Positions 20,514-30,157 of a DNA stretch of 64,000 bases are shown in pieces. Numbering within the stretch: position 1 is the stretch's first letter; each line of letters opens with the position of its first letter. The notes under the pieces were generated by a model. It searched no databases. It was not told the DNA's origin and was given only the letters and a program-made list of their open reading frames with translations. This DNA is from an uncultured Candidatus Entotheonella sp. GTDB taxonomy: Bacteria; Tectomicrobia; Entotheonellia; Entotheonellales; Entotheonellaceae. A program made the translations under genes and the position numbers. Location: contig CBDCDA010000002.1 of NCBI GenBank assembly GCA_965215335.1, positions 384,001 to 448,000 of the forward strand, in the 5' to 3' direction.

Positions 20514-22034
20514 CTACACCTCGCCTTTGGCGTTCTGTTTCCACCAGCGCCAGCCCAGGGTCAAGCCGAACACCAGCAGCACCACGTTGATCAGGAGGAG
20601 ATAAGCCACGGGCGGCATTGGCACGCCGGCGACGAACTCGAGGCCGCCGGGCGGCATGGACGTCGGGCTTGGCTGTGCGTTCGGTCCCGGCGGCAGGGAT
20701 GCTCTCCCTCGGTCCATCATCTGCTCAACCCGCCGGGTGAGACGGTTCTCCAGGTCCTGCAACGATACCTGGAGCTCCGTCGGGCTCACGAACGGGGCCG
20801 CCCCCTGGGGCTCTTGCGCGGGCGCCAGACGGCGCAACAGACGGTCTTCCAGATTGCCCAGAAGCATTTTCAGCTCCCGTGTGCTGACAAAGGACGACCC
20901 TTCGGCGGTGGGCAGCCGCATCACTTGCGGGGGGACAACCGCGGCGGTACTGTCATCGGGGACGGGTTCGGGCGGCGGCGACGCCTTGGCCACTCCGGTT
21001 GCCGCAGGGGGTTCCGGGGGCGCAACCACGGCGGTGCGGTCATCGGGCACGGATTCTTCGGGCGGCGGGGCCGTCTCGGCAACTTGGGGCGTCGCAGCGG
21101 GTTTCTGGCCCGGGACAGCGACGGTTTCTTCGTAAGGCTCCGGTATGGGCTCTGATTCCTCTGCGGCCAATTCCATCGTCATGGCGAGCGCCTGCGCAGC
21201 GGTGGTCACCTGCCGGCGGTGCCAAGCCTGCCACTGGTTGGCGATGATTCGTTGAGACGCTTCTCTGGCCATGATATTCAGCCGCTTTACAAAATCCAGC
21301 GGCACCTCCAGATAGGCGCCAACCAGCAGGCCGTGCAGATTCCCGCGCAGAAACGCCTCGTGATTCAAACGCCAGAGCAGGACGACCGCTTGCCAGCGTT
21401 GATCCTTGGGCACACCGAGTTTGCCCACGACGTTGTACATCGTTTCGCCCCGCTGTATCGGTCCGTAGAGATCAGGCAAATCGAACTGCGCTTCGATCGA
21501 CGGCAGCGTCGGCGGGATGACGGGTTCGGGCGCCGGAGCAGACGGTGGGGAAGGGACCGTTGGTTGCAGAGATGTGACTGGATCAGCGGCGGCCTGCCGG
21601 ATTACCGGTTCCACGACCGCCTCTTGTTGCGCCGCTGCAGGGACCAACTCAGGCAGCTCGACGTGGTAATTGCGCACGATGGTCAGCCTGCCGGAGCGCA
21701 CCAGCACCAGCAGGTCAAGGGCCTCGTCCGTGATCGGCACGTTCGAGAAGATGCGTACCGTGTCCCGCTTGTCAGGGGCCAGAATGATGTGCATGTGTTC
21801 GAGAATGGGCGCGCGCTCGAGTTCCTCAAGCTGGTAATCCTGCGGCGTTCCCAGCAGCACTTCGAGTTCCCTGCCGCGTTCGTGGGGCTCCAGGACGAAA
21901 GGCACTTCAGCCCGAAACGGCTCATTGGCAGCGCTCTGCACGTCGATTTCTCCGACCGAGAACGCCAGCAGGTCGCCGACCAAGCCAACGCAGGCGACAA
22001 TCACGACGAGTCCCGCCCAGAAGTCCCGTGCCAT
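20514..22034 (-). CDS. FimV/HubP-like protein (N-terminal FimV domain, LysM-like segment, Pro/Glu-rich linker, C-terminal TM)
   Basis: GEIDVQSAANEPFRAEV, YGPIQRGETM...LNHEAFLRGNLHGLLVGAYLEVP resemble the FimV N-terminus/LysM; single TM at C-end. Confidence 0.65.
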   Translation of the reverse strand: MARDFWAGLVVIVACVGLVGDLLAFSVGEIDVQSAANEPFRAEVPFVLEPHERGRELEVLLGTPQDYQLEELERAPILEHMHIILAPDKRDTVRIFSNVPITDEALDLLVLVRSGRLTIVRNYHVELPELVPAAAQQEAVVEPVIRQAAADPVTSLQPTVPSPPSAPAPEPVIPPTLPSIEAQFDLPDLYGPIQRGETMYNVVGKLGVPKDQRWQAVVLLWRLNHEAFLRGNLHGLLVGAYLEVPLDFVKRLNIMAREASQRIIANQWQAWHRRQVTTAAQALAMTMELAAEESEPIPEPYEETVAVPGQKPAATPQVAETAPPPEESVPDDRTAVVAPPEPPAATGVAKASPPPEPVPDDSTAAVVPPQVMRLPTAEGSSFVSTRELKMLLGNLEDRLLRRLAPAQEPQGAAPFVSPTELQVSLQDLENRLTRRVEQMMDRGRASLPPGPNAQPSPTSMPPGGLEFVAGVPMPPVAYLLLINVVLLVFGLTLGWRWWKQNAKGEV

Positions 22035-22207
22035 CCGACCTCCCTTCACGTCTCCACACCTTTCCTGTCACTCGATGCCCCCAGCCTTGCCCTGCTCACC
22101 CCACACGGCGTAAGCTACGCTGCCTTGCCTCTTGACACGATCAAGCCGACGGAAATTCTCTGACCCTCGGCGACACGCCCGGGAGCCGCCACACCACTGG
22201 AGCTACC

Positions 22208-23965
22208 ATGTCCAATACGCGCAAGCCGCTGCATTATACGTTGCAATTCCCGGCTCCTCATACTCACTACGTTGAAGTGACCCTGACGGTCCCCACGGGC
22301 GAGCAGCCCGCCGTCGATCTCCGCATGGCCGTATGGACGCCCGGCTCCTATCTGGTCCGGGAATACGCCCGCCACGTCGAAGCCGTGGAAGCACAGGCCG
22401 CCGACGGGCGGCCCTTGTGCGTCAGCAAAATCAGCAAGAACCGCTGGCGCGTCACCGCCGCCGGCGCCGATCCGGTGCGCGTGACCTACCGCGTCTATTG
22501 CCGCGAAATGTCCGTTCGCACCAACTGGGTCGAGGCCGACTTCGCCCTGCTCAACGGCGCCCCGACGTTCCTGACCCTCGTGGAGGACGATCCCAGACCC
22601 CATAACGTCCAAGTGGTTCTGCCGCCAAACTGGGCAACGATCATGACTGGCCTGATCGCCAGTCCCGAACTCGGTAAACATGGCTACCGCGCCGCCGATT
22701 TCGACGCGCTCGTCGATACACCCATCCTCGCCGGCAACCCCGCCGTGCACACGTTCGAGGTTGACGGCAAACCGCACTACCTGGTTAACGAGGGCGAAGC
22801 CGGCGTGTGGGACGGCTCGCGCTCGGCCAGCGACACGGAGAAGATCGTGCACGCTCATTGGCGCATGTGGGGTGGGCGCCTGCCCTATGATCAATACCTC
22901 TTCCTGAACCTGCTCACGCAGGCTGGCGGCGGTCTTGAACACCGCAATTCGACCGTACTGATGACCAATCGCTGGAACACCCGCGGCCGCGAGCCTTACC
23001 TCGACTGGCTGCGTTTGGTGAGCCACGAATACTTCCACGTCTGGAACGTCAAGCGGCTACGCCCGGCAGAATTGGGGCCTTTTGATTATGAGCGCGAAGT
23101 ATATACCAAAAACCTGTGGATCGCCGAAGGCGTCACGGCCTACTACACCGAGCTGGGCGTGCGGCGCGCCGGGCTGTGCAGCGACGCGGAATTCCTCGAC
23201 GGCCTCTCCGGCCTGATCCGGCGCTTGCAGACCACCCCCGGACGGCTCGTTCATCCCCTGGAGATGGCCTCGCACGACGCCTGGATCAAGCTCTATCGCA
23301 GCGACGAGAATTCTCCCAACACCACCATCAGCTACTACACCAAGGGCGCCGTCGTGGCCTTCCTGCTGGACGCCAAAATCCGCGCCGCCACGGACGGTTC
23401 CAAAAGCCTTGACGAGGTGCTGCGGCTGGCTTACACGCGCTATTCGGGCGAGCGGGGTTTCACCCGTGAAGAATTCCGCGCCGCGGCGCAAGAGGTTGCG
23501 GGAGGAATACCGTTGCACGACTGGTTCGCCAGCACGCTGGAAACTACGGCGGAATTGGATTACACGGCGGCGTTGGACTGGCTGGGACTGCGCTTCGCCC
23601 CGGCTGAAGCGTCTTGTCCGGGAGGTTGGACCGGCCTGGAGACGCACATCGTTCGGGGTCGCCTGCTGATTTCCCAGATGCGGCGCGAAACGCCTGGCTG
23701 GCACGCCGGTTTCAACGTTGACGACGAAATCCTGGCCATTGACGACGACCGCGTACTGCCGGACCAATGGCAAGCGCGGCTCAAGCAGTACCAGCCCGGC
23801 GACCGTGTTTCCGTGCTCATCGCCCGCCGCGACCGCCTGCGGAGGCTCGATATCTTCCTTGAAGCCGAACCACCGAACGTCTGGAAGCTGGAGCCGCACC
23901 CCGGCGCCGGCGAAGCCCAATTGGCCCGGCGGGCTGCCTGGCTAGCGGGCTCGGTTGCCCCTTGA
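22208..23965 (+). CDS. M61 family glycyl aminopeptidase with C-terminal PDZ domain
   Basis: WTPGSY, GGGLEH, HEYFHVWN (HExxH), EGVTAYY, SYYTKG. Confidence 0.93.
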   Translation: MSNTRKPLHYTLQFPAPHTHYVEVTLTVPTGEQPAVDLRMAVWTPGSYLVREYARHVEAVEAQAADGRPLCVSKISKNRWRVTAAGADPVRVTYRVYCREMSVRTNWVEADFALLNGAPTFLTLVEDDPRPHNVQVVLPPNWATIMTGLIASPELGKHGYRAADFDALVDTPILAGNPAVHTFEVDGKPHYLVNEGEAGVWDGSRSASDTEKIVHAHWRMWGGRLPYDQYLFLNLLTQAGGGLEHRNSTVLMTNRWNTRGREPYLDWLRLVSHEYFHVWNVKRLRPAELGPFDYEREVYTKNLWIAEGVTAYYTELGVRRAGLCSDAEFLDGLSGLIRRLQTTPGRLVHPLEMASHDAWIKLYRSDENSPNTTISYYTKGAVVAFLLDAKIRAATDGSKSLDEVLRLAYTRYSGERGFTREEFRAAAQEVAGGIPLHDWFASTLETTAELDYTAALDWLGLRFAPAEASCPGGWTGLETHIVRGRLLISQMRRETPGWHAGFNVDDEILAIDDDRVLPDQWQARLKQYQPGDRVSVLIARRDRLRRLDIFLEAEPPNVWKLEPHPGAGEAQLARRAAWLAGSVAP

Positions 23966-23973
23966 CCTGTCTG

Positions 23974-24077
23974 AGAGGGTGTTTGTGAAGGTGGTGAGAC
24001 CGGTTCGGAGACGCCATCCTTTACCTGCTGCGCACGGGCTGTTCCTGATGCATGCTGACCCACGCCTGCCGCCTTGA
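23974..24077 (+). mobile_element. IS5-family transposase remnant
   Basis: 24010 onward reads DAILYLLRTGCS*CMLTH, matching the IS5 N-terminal motif (AILYxLRTGCxWRxLP) with an in-frame stop; GAGGGTGTTTG end-like sequence upstream. Confidence 0.6.
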
Positions 24078-24093
24078 TCGAATCCTGTGGGGC

Positions 24094-25380
24094 TTAATCC
24101 TTGACGATGCCGATTTCGACCATCATGCCGGGTTTGAGGAGACCGTCGGTGTTGGCGACGGTGATCTGGACGGGGATGCGCTGCTCGACCTTGGTAAAGC
24201 TGCCGGTGGGGGGGAACAGGGCGAACTCGGAAATGGCGGCGTGGCCGATGGTGTCCACGGTGCCCTGGAATTCGCGGTCGGGATAGGCGTCTACCGCGAT
24301 GTCGACGGGCTTGCCGACGGCGACGTCGCGGATATACGACTCCTTGATATTGGCCAGAATCCACACGTCATGCGGGTCGCCGATCACCAGCACCGGCTGG
24401 CCCTTCTGTACGACCTGGCCTTCCTCGACGCGCTTGCGGCTGATGATGCCGGAGATCGGGCTTTTCAGCACCGTTTTGCCCACGTTGCGTTCCGCGAGGT
24501 CGCGCTTGGCGCGCGCCTCTTTGAGTTGCGCCTCCAGGATGTTGATGCGCTCCTGGCGAACCTGGCTGCGTTCGCCCTCGGTCTCCGCCAGGCGCACGCT
24601 GGCAAGGGCTTTCTCGACCTCCTCCTCCAGCTTCTGCACGCGATGGCGGTGTACTTCAATGTTTTTCTGCGAGGTCAACGCGCTGTCCAGCCGCACCTGA
24701 AGCTGCGCCGCGCGCTCCTGCGCAGCGCTGAGACGCGCCCTGGCTTGGGCTAATTCGTCTTGGGCGTCGTCACGGTTGGTGACGGACAAGATGCCCTCGT
24801 CATACAACGTGCTGACGCGCTCCCAGTTGTTCTCGGCGCTACGTACCTGCCCCTGCATCTCGGCGACAGCGGACTCGGCTTCCTTGAGGGCCGCCTCAGC
24901 TTCGGCCACTTGGTTTCTCAGCTGATCGGTTTCGATCTCCCGCGCCGTTCTCTCTTCCGCCAGGGCGCTCTTCTTGGCGCCGTGCTCGGCGCGGGCGTGG
25001 GCAATCTGGTCCTGCGCGCGTTTGCCGTCGAGTTGAAGCTCCTCGCGGATTTCCTTGAGCTGGAAGGCGATCATGTCCACCCGTGCCTGCGCCTCTTCAA
25101 AGTGGAGCTTGTAATCCGTTCTGTACAATTCCAGCAGCACGTCGTTTTTCTGCACCACGCTGCCCTCGCCGACATGCAGGGCCCGCACCGTACCGCCTAC
25201 CTTCGGCGCTACCGATACCATCAGGCCCTTGACGCGCGCATCGTCGGTCACCACGTGCCGCGTCGTGTAGAGCCAGTAATCGATTCCGTAATACAAGCCA
25301 ACGATCACCCCGAGACCCAGGACAATAGCGGGTAGAATGACGCGCAGGCGGCCCGGTAGGGCGGCGATTCTTTCGGCCAT
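24094..25380 (-). CDS. HlyD/EmrA-family membrane fusion protein
   Basis: N-terminal TM, TDDARV, lipoyl-like VxEGxxVxK repeats, long coiled coil, GSFTKVEQRIPV, LKPGM. Confidence 0.9.
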   Translation of the reverse strand: MAERIAALPGRLRVILPAIVLGLGVIVGLYYGIDYWLYTTRHVVTDDARVKGLMVSVAPKVGGTVRALHVGEGSVVQKNDVLLELYRTDYKLHFEEAQARVDMIAFQLKEIREELQLDGKRAQDQIAHARAEHGAKKSALAEERTAREIETDQLRNQVAEAEAALKEAESAVAEMQGQVRSAENNWERVSTLYDEGILSVTNRDDAQDELAQARARLSAAQERAAQLQVRLDSALTSQKNIEVHRHRVQKLEEEVEKALASVRLAETEGERSQVRQERINILEAQLKEARAKRDLAERNVGKTVLKSPISGIISRKRVEEGQVVQKGQPVLVIGDPHDVWILANIKESYIRDVAVGKPVDIAVDAYPDREFQGTVDTIGHAAISEFALFPPTGSFTKVEQRIPVQITVANTDGLLKPGMMVEIGIVKD

Positions 25381-25453
25381 AAGGCGTGCGTTCCTGAGAG
25401 AAGGGATTCTGATGTGTTACGGTGTGCAGGTGAGATGGCTGATGCTATCACAT

Positions 25454-28400
25454 TCAAAGCTTGCTGGCCAGGAGCCGCTGCAAGCTGCCCTTGAGCCGGA
25501 TCAGGCGTTCGGCGGGCGCTCCGGCGGGGTCGGGAATGCGCACCACGTGCTCGGACTGAAAACGATATCCGGGGTTGTCGGACTCCAGCCACGGCAGCAG
25601 CCGGTCCGGCGCCAGCGGCGTCGAGGCGTGAAAGGCAAGGCAGACCTCTGACCCCTGTTGCTCGATGCGTTCCAGGCCCAGTTGCCGGGCCAGTATCTTG
25701 ATTTCCAACACCTCTAGCAGCTGCAGCGTGGCTTCTGGCAGCACGCCGAAGCGATCCTGCATTTCGTTGCGGAGTTCCTGCAACGCCGCGCTACTGGTCG
25801 CCGCCGACAGGCGCCGGTACAACTGCAGGCGCTGGGTTGCGTTCGCCACGTAGCTCTCCGGGATGTGCCCCTGCCCCCCCAGGCGCAATTCGGGTTCCAC
25901 CCACACGGTGACGGCCTCGCCCTTCGCCTCGCGCACCGCCTCGGCCATCATCTGGCAATACAGGTCGAACCCCACGCTGTTCAGGTGGCCGGATTGCTGC
26001 GGCCCCAGCAGGTTGCCGGCACCGCGGATTTCCAAGTCGCGGGAGGCCAGGTGGAAGCCGGACCCCAGCTCGGAAAACTCCTCGAACGCCTCAATCCGCC
26101 GTCGCGCTACGCCGGAGAGCAGCGCCTCGCCGGAAATGAGCAGGTAGGCATACGCCTGGATCAGGCCGCGTCCGACCCTGCCGCGCAATTGGTGCATCTG
26201 TGCCAGGCCGAAAGCGTCGGCATGGTTGATGATGATGGTGTTGACCGACGGGATGTCGAGGCCGGATTCGATGATCGTGGTGCACAGCAGCAGGTCGAAG
26301 TCGCGACGCAGGAAGTCCAGCATGACCGCCTCCAGCTGGCGTTCCGGCATCTGGCCGTGCGCGATGCGGATGCGGCACTCGGGCACCAAGCGCTGCAGCA
26401 TGGCGTGGATGACCGGCAGGCTGGCGATATGGTTGTGCACGAAAAACACCTGCCCCTGCCGCGCCAGTTCCTGCCGCACGGCGCGCTCCACGATCGCTTC
26501 GCTGAACGGCATGACCACCGTCTCGATGGCGCTGCGGCCGCCGGGCGGCGTCGCCATGATGGTGCAATCGCGCAGGCCGCTGAGCGCCATCTGCAGCGAG
26601 CGCGGAATGGGCGTGGCGGTGAGAATGAGCACGTCGGTCTTTATGCTCAGCCGCTTGATGCACTCTTTGTGCCCAACCCCGAAGCGGTGCTCTTCATCGA
26701 CCACCAGCAGACCCAGGTCTTTGAAGCGGATGTCCTTCTGCAGCAGGCGGTGGGTGCCGATGACAATATCCACCGTTCCCTCCTGCAGCCCTTTCAGCGT
26801 CCGGGTCCGTTCCTTACGGCTGTTCAGGCGGCTCAGCATGGCCACCCGCGTGCCGAATGCCCCGAAGCGCCGCTGAAAGGTCTCGGCGTGCTGCTGTGCC
26901 AGCACCGTGGTGGGCACCAGAACGGCCACCTGCGTGCCGTCGAACACCGCCTTGAAGGCGGCGCGCAGGGCGACTTCGGTCTTGCCGTAACCCACGTCGC
27001 CGCACACCAGCCGCTCCATCGGCCGCGGCCGTTCCATATCGCTCAGCACATCCTGAATGGCCTGCATCTGGTCATCGGTTTCGACGTACTCGAAGCCATT
27101 TTCAAACGCCTGGTGCAGCGTCGTGGGCGCCGAGAACCGGTGGCCGACGTCCTGCTGGCGCGAGGCGTGCAGGCTGACCATCTCGCCGGCCATGTCGAGC
27201 AGCGCAGCCTTGACGCGGGCCTTGGTACGCGCCCAGGTGGCAGCTCCCAGGCGGTCGAGCGGCGCCTTGACGCCCTCGTCACTGCCGTTGCGGTATTTCT
27301 CCACCAGGCTGAGGCGGTAAGACGGGACGTAGAGCTTGGCGTCGGCGGCGTAGATGATCTCCATGAATTCGCCACCCTGGTGGTCCAGGTCCAGGAACGT
27401 CATGCCGCCGAAGCGCCCGATGCCGTAATCGGCGTGCACCACCAAGTCGCCGGGGCGCAGCGTGCTGATATGGCTCGTGGGATGCGCCGTACTGGCGGGG
27501 GATGACGCGGCCTGCTGTTTGTCGCCGAACAGGTCGCCCGCGCACAGGACCACGAGGCGTTCGTCGGGCCACAGGAAGCCGTGGCTCAGGCTGCCGACGG
27601 CCAGCAGCGTACTGCCCGGCGGGGTAGCGCCTTCACCCAGACATTCCGCGGCGCTGTCCGTGATGTGGCAATCCAGATCGTACGACGCCAGCACGTCGTG
27701 CAGCCGCCGCGCCTCCGGGGCGGAGCGGCACAGGATGAGCACGCCGAAGCCGTCGCTGTGCCATTGCTGCAGGTGCGCGATAAAGCGCCCCAGATTGCCC
27801 GCAAATGCCGGGGTTCCGCGCATCCGCAGTTCAGAGAGGTCAGCGGAGAGTGGGCTTCGGTAGCGGGGCAGCGCGATGTCGATTCGCTCGTGCAACTGCC
27901 GGTTCAGCGTTGTCACGTCGACACATCGCTCGGCGGCCAATGGCACGGTGCTGTCACCCAGTCGCATGGCGATTGGCGGCGGGAGCTGGTTCAGGGTGAT
28001 CTGGATGTCCTCCAGATCGACGCAACACAGCGTCACGGCCTCCGGCAGATTGCCCAACGGGCTTTCCGGGTCATCGGAAGAGAAGGTGTCCAGACCCCAC
28101 GGCCAGGCGGCGGGATGCTTCTGGCGCCAATACTCGAAGTGGGCGGCGATTTTGGCGTCATGCCAGTCGTGAGCGCGCAAATGCGCCCGCAGCCGATCCC
28201 AACCCGACGTTTCGAAACCCTGTGGCGGCAGCCCGTGCAGCGGCGCGATGAAGATGCCTCGTCGCTCGGCCACTGACAACTGCGAGGTGACGTCGAAGGC
28301 GCGGATGGTTTCCACCTCGTCGCCGAAGAACTCGAGGCGCCAAGGCAGACTTTGGCCGGGCGAAAAAACGTCCAGAATGCCGCCGCGCAGGGCGAATTCA

Positions 28401-28897
28401 CCAGCCGCTTCCACCATGGAGGTGCGCCGGTAGCCGCGCTCGACCAATGCCGCCGCGAAGCCCGGCAGCGGCTTGACATCGCCGATGCGAACCGGCAACA
28501 GGCGCTCGGCGAATGGTCTCGGTGCCGTACCGTAACGCAGCGAGGCGACAGCGGCGACCACGACCACGGGTTCGCCGCTGCGCAGCCGCCACAGAGGCAG
28601 GTCGGCTGACAGCACCCGGGGCTGTGTTCCTTGCGGTTCAGGTATATAACCCAGAACGGTGTCGGATGTCGCAGAACAGGCGGAGCCTGGCGAATCGGCG
28701 AGAAAACAACGCAGGTCGTTGATCAGCTCATCGCGGCACGCGGGCTCCGGCGTTACCACGAACAGCGCCGCCCGTCGTTCGGCGAACCAGCGTGCCAGCA
28801 GGTAGCCCTGGCCGCCTGGCCGCGACCCGCGCAGGATCTGCGGCGTCAATCGGCCCGTCTCGCTATGACGGACGCGGTCGTTTACAGGTATCGACAT
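25454..28897 (-). CDS. mfd: Transcription-repair coupling factor
   Basis: GEFALRGGILD, CarD/RID region, CGDVGYGKTEVA, DEEHRFG, QLRGRVGR, RDLEIRGAGNLLG, TRCF domain. Confidence 0.96.
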   Translation of the reverse strand: MSIPVNDRVRHSETGRLTPQILRGSRPGGQGYLLARWFAERRAALFVVTPEPACRDELINDLRCFLADSPGSACSATSDTVLGYIPEPQGTQPRVLSADLPLWRLRSGEPVVVVAAVASLRYGTAPRPFAERLLPVRIGDVKPLPGFAAALVERGYRRTSMVEAAGEFALRGGILDVFSPGQSLPWRLEFFGDEVETIRAFDVTSQLSVAERRGIFIAPLHGLPPQGFETSGWDRLRAHLRAHDWHDAKIAAHFEYWRQKHPAAWPWGLDTFSSDDPESPLGNLPEAVTLCCVDLEDIQITLNQLPPPIAMRLGDSTVPLAAERCVDVTTLNRQLHERIDIALPRYRSPLSADLSELRMRGTPAFAGNLGRFIAHLQQWHSDGFGVLILCRSAPEARRLHDVLASYDLDCHITDSAAECLGEGATPPGSTLLAVGSLSHGFLWPDERLVVLCAGDLFGDKQQAASSPASTAHPTSHISTLRPGDLVVHADYGIGRFGGMTFLDLDHQGGEFMEIIYAADAKLYVPSYRLSLVEKYRNGSDEGVKAPLDRLGAATWARTKARVKAALLDMAGEMVSLHASRQQDVGHRFSAPTTLHQAFENGFEYVETDDQMQAIQDVLSDMERPRPMERLVCGDVGYGKTEVALRAAFKAVFDGTQVAVLVPTTVLAQQHAETFQRRFGAFGTRVAMLSRLNSRKERTRTLKGLQEGTVDIVIGTHRLLQKDIRFKDLGLLVVDEEHRFGVGHKECIKRLSIKTDVLILTATPIPRSLQMALSGLRDCTIMATPPGGRSAIETVVMPFSEAIVERAVRQELARQGQVFFVHNHIASLPVIHAMLQRLVPECRIRIAHGQMPERQLEAVMLDFLRRDFDLLLCTTIIESGLDIPSVNTIIINHADAFGLAQMHQLRGRVGRGLIQAYAYLLISGEALLSGVARRRIEAFEEFSELGSGFHLASRDLEIRGAGNLLGPQQSGHLNSVGFDLYCQMMAEAVREAKGEAVTVWVEPELRLGGQGHIPESYVANATQRLQLYRRLSAATSSAALQELRNEMQDRFGVLPEATLQLLEVLEIKILARQLGLERIEQQGSEVCLAFHASTPLAPDRLLPWLESDNPGYRFQSEHVVRIPDPAGAPAERLIRLKGSLQRLLASKL

Positions 28898-28901
28898 GTC
28901 T

Positions 28902-29169
28902 TCAGCCAAGGGTGTCGAGGCACTGCACGAGAGGCAACCCCGACGAGATCATGGCGGCACATTGCCGGGTGAACACGACGAGGGCCTTGACGCCGCCGCC
29001 CGTGCGGCCGGGTATGTTGAGGTTCATCTCCCTGGGCCACGCGCGGCGACGCGCCGATGAGTTGACGCTGTCGCTGCGCCAAGGCAGCCGCGCGACGGTC
29101 GGCGACGTCGGCCTGGCCCGGCTGTGTGGCGCCAGCAGGCGTGCGCACCGTGCAGGTGAAAGTCGGCAT
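28902..29169 (-). pseudogene. pilC: Type IV pilus platform protein PilC (T2SS F family) N-terminal remnant
   Basis: MPTFTCTVRT... then frameshift to ...GGGVKALVVFTRQCAAMISSGLPLVQCLDTLG*, the first GspF/PilC helix motif (FTRQxAxMxxxGLPLxQxL); truncated. Confidence 0.75.
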
Positions 29170-29186
29170 GGGCTGTCGGTCATCCT

Positions 29187-30059
29187 TTAATCGAGATGGG
29201 CTTCGAGCGCCGGACGCACCGTCTCCAAGGGGAAGGCAAGGCCGGTCCAGATCGTGAACGCCGCCGCCCCTTGGCCCATCAGCATGTCAAGGCCACCAAT
29301 CGTGGTAGCGCCGGCGGCTCGGGCGTCCTGCAGAAATGGCGTGTTCAAAGGGCGGTAGACGATGTCGTAGACGATTTGCTCCGGCCTGAAGCAGCGGCCG
29401 GGCAGCAGCGGTTCGTCGCCTTCGTGCATCCCGAGCGAGGTGGCGTTCACAACCAGCCGGCTCTGCCGGGCGGCGTCGGCGGCATCTGACATCGGCACGG
29501 CGCGCAGCTCGGCGGCCGTAAACCGTTTCTGCAAGTCGGCGGCCAGACGCTCGCTGCGGGCGTGGGTGCGATTGGTGATGACCAGCCGCGGGCAGCCGGC
29601 GTTCAGCAACGCCGCTGCCAAGGCCCGCGCCGCGCCACCGGCGCCCAGGACGCACACAGGGAACTGGTGCAAAGGCGTTCCCAGACTTTGCAATGGCTGC
29701 AAAAATCCAGCGCCGTCCGTATTGTGGCCAGTGGTCCGTCCGTCGTGTATGTGTACCGTATTGACGGCGCCGATCGCTCTCGCATCGCCCGTCACCTCGT
29801 CGAGGCACGCCATGATGGCTTCCTTGTGCGGGATGGTCACGTTAAAGCCCGCCATCCCCAGGGCCACCGCCCCGGCCACGGCCCTGGCGAGGTCGTCCGG
29901 TGGCACGGAGAAAGGCACGTAGACGGCGTCCAGCCCGTGGTGGCGGAACGCCAGGGTGTGCATCAGGGGCGACAGGGAATGCCCGATGGGATAGCCCATG
30001 ATGCCGTACAGCCGGGTGGACCCGGAGACGGTGGTGGGGGACGTGGATTCGGCTGGCAT
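29187..30059 (-). CDS. aroE: Shikimate dehydrogenase
   Basis: GYPIGHSLSP, NVTIPHKE, IGAVNT, NTDG, GAGGAA, NATSLGM, DIVYRP. Confidence 0.95.
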   Translation of the reverse strand: MPAESTSPTTVSGSTRLYGIMGYPIGHSLSPLMHTLAFRHHGLDAVYVPFSVPPDDLARAVAGAVALGMAGFNVTIPHKEAIMACLDEVTGDARAIGAVNTVHIHDGRTTGHNTDGAGFLQPLQSLGTPLHQFPVCVLGAGGAARALAAALLNAGCPRLVITNRTHARSERLAADLQKRFTAAELRAVPMSDAADAARQSRLVVNATSLGMHEGDEPLLPGRCFRPEQIVYDIVYRPLNTPFLQDARAAGATTIGGLDMLMGQGAAAFTIWTGLAFPLETVRPALEAHLD

Positions 30060-30157
30060 GCTGCCCTCCTGCACCGGCTCGCTGTGGATGCGGGGCGGTC
30101 GAGTTGTTCGCGGGACGCAACCGCGAGGGAATGCCCGCTCTCGCCGATTCGCGGGCA

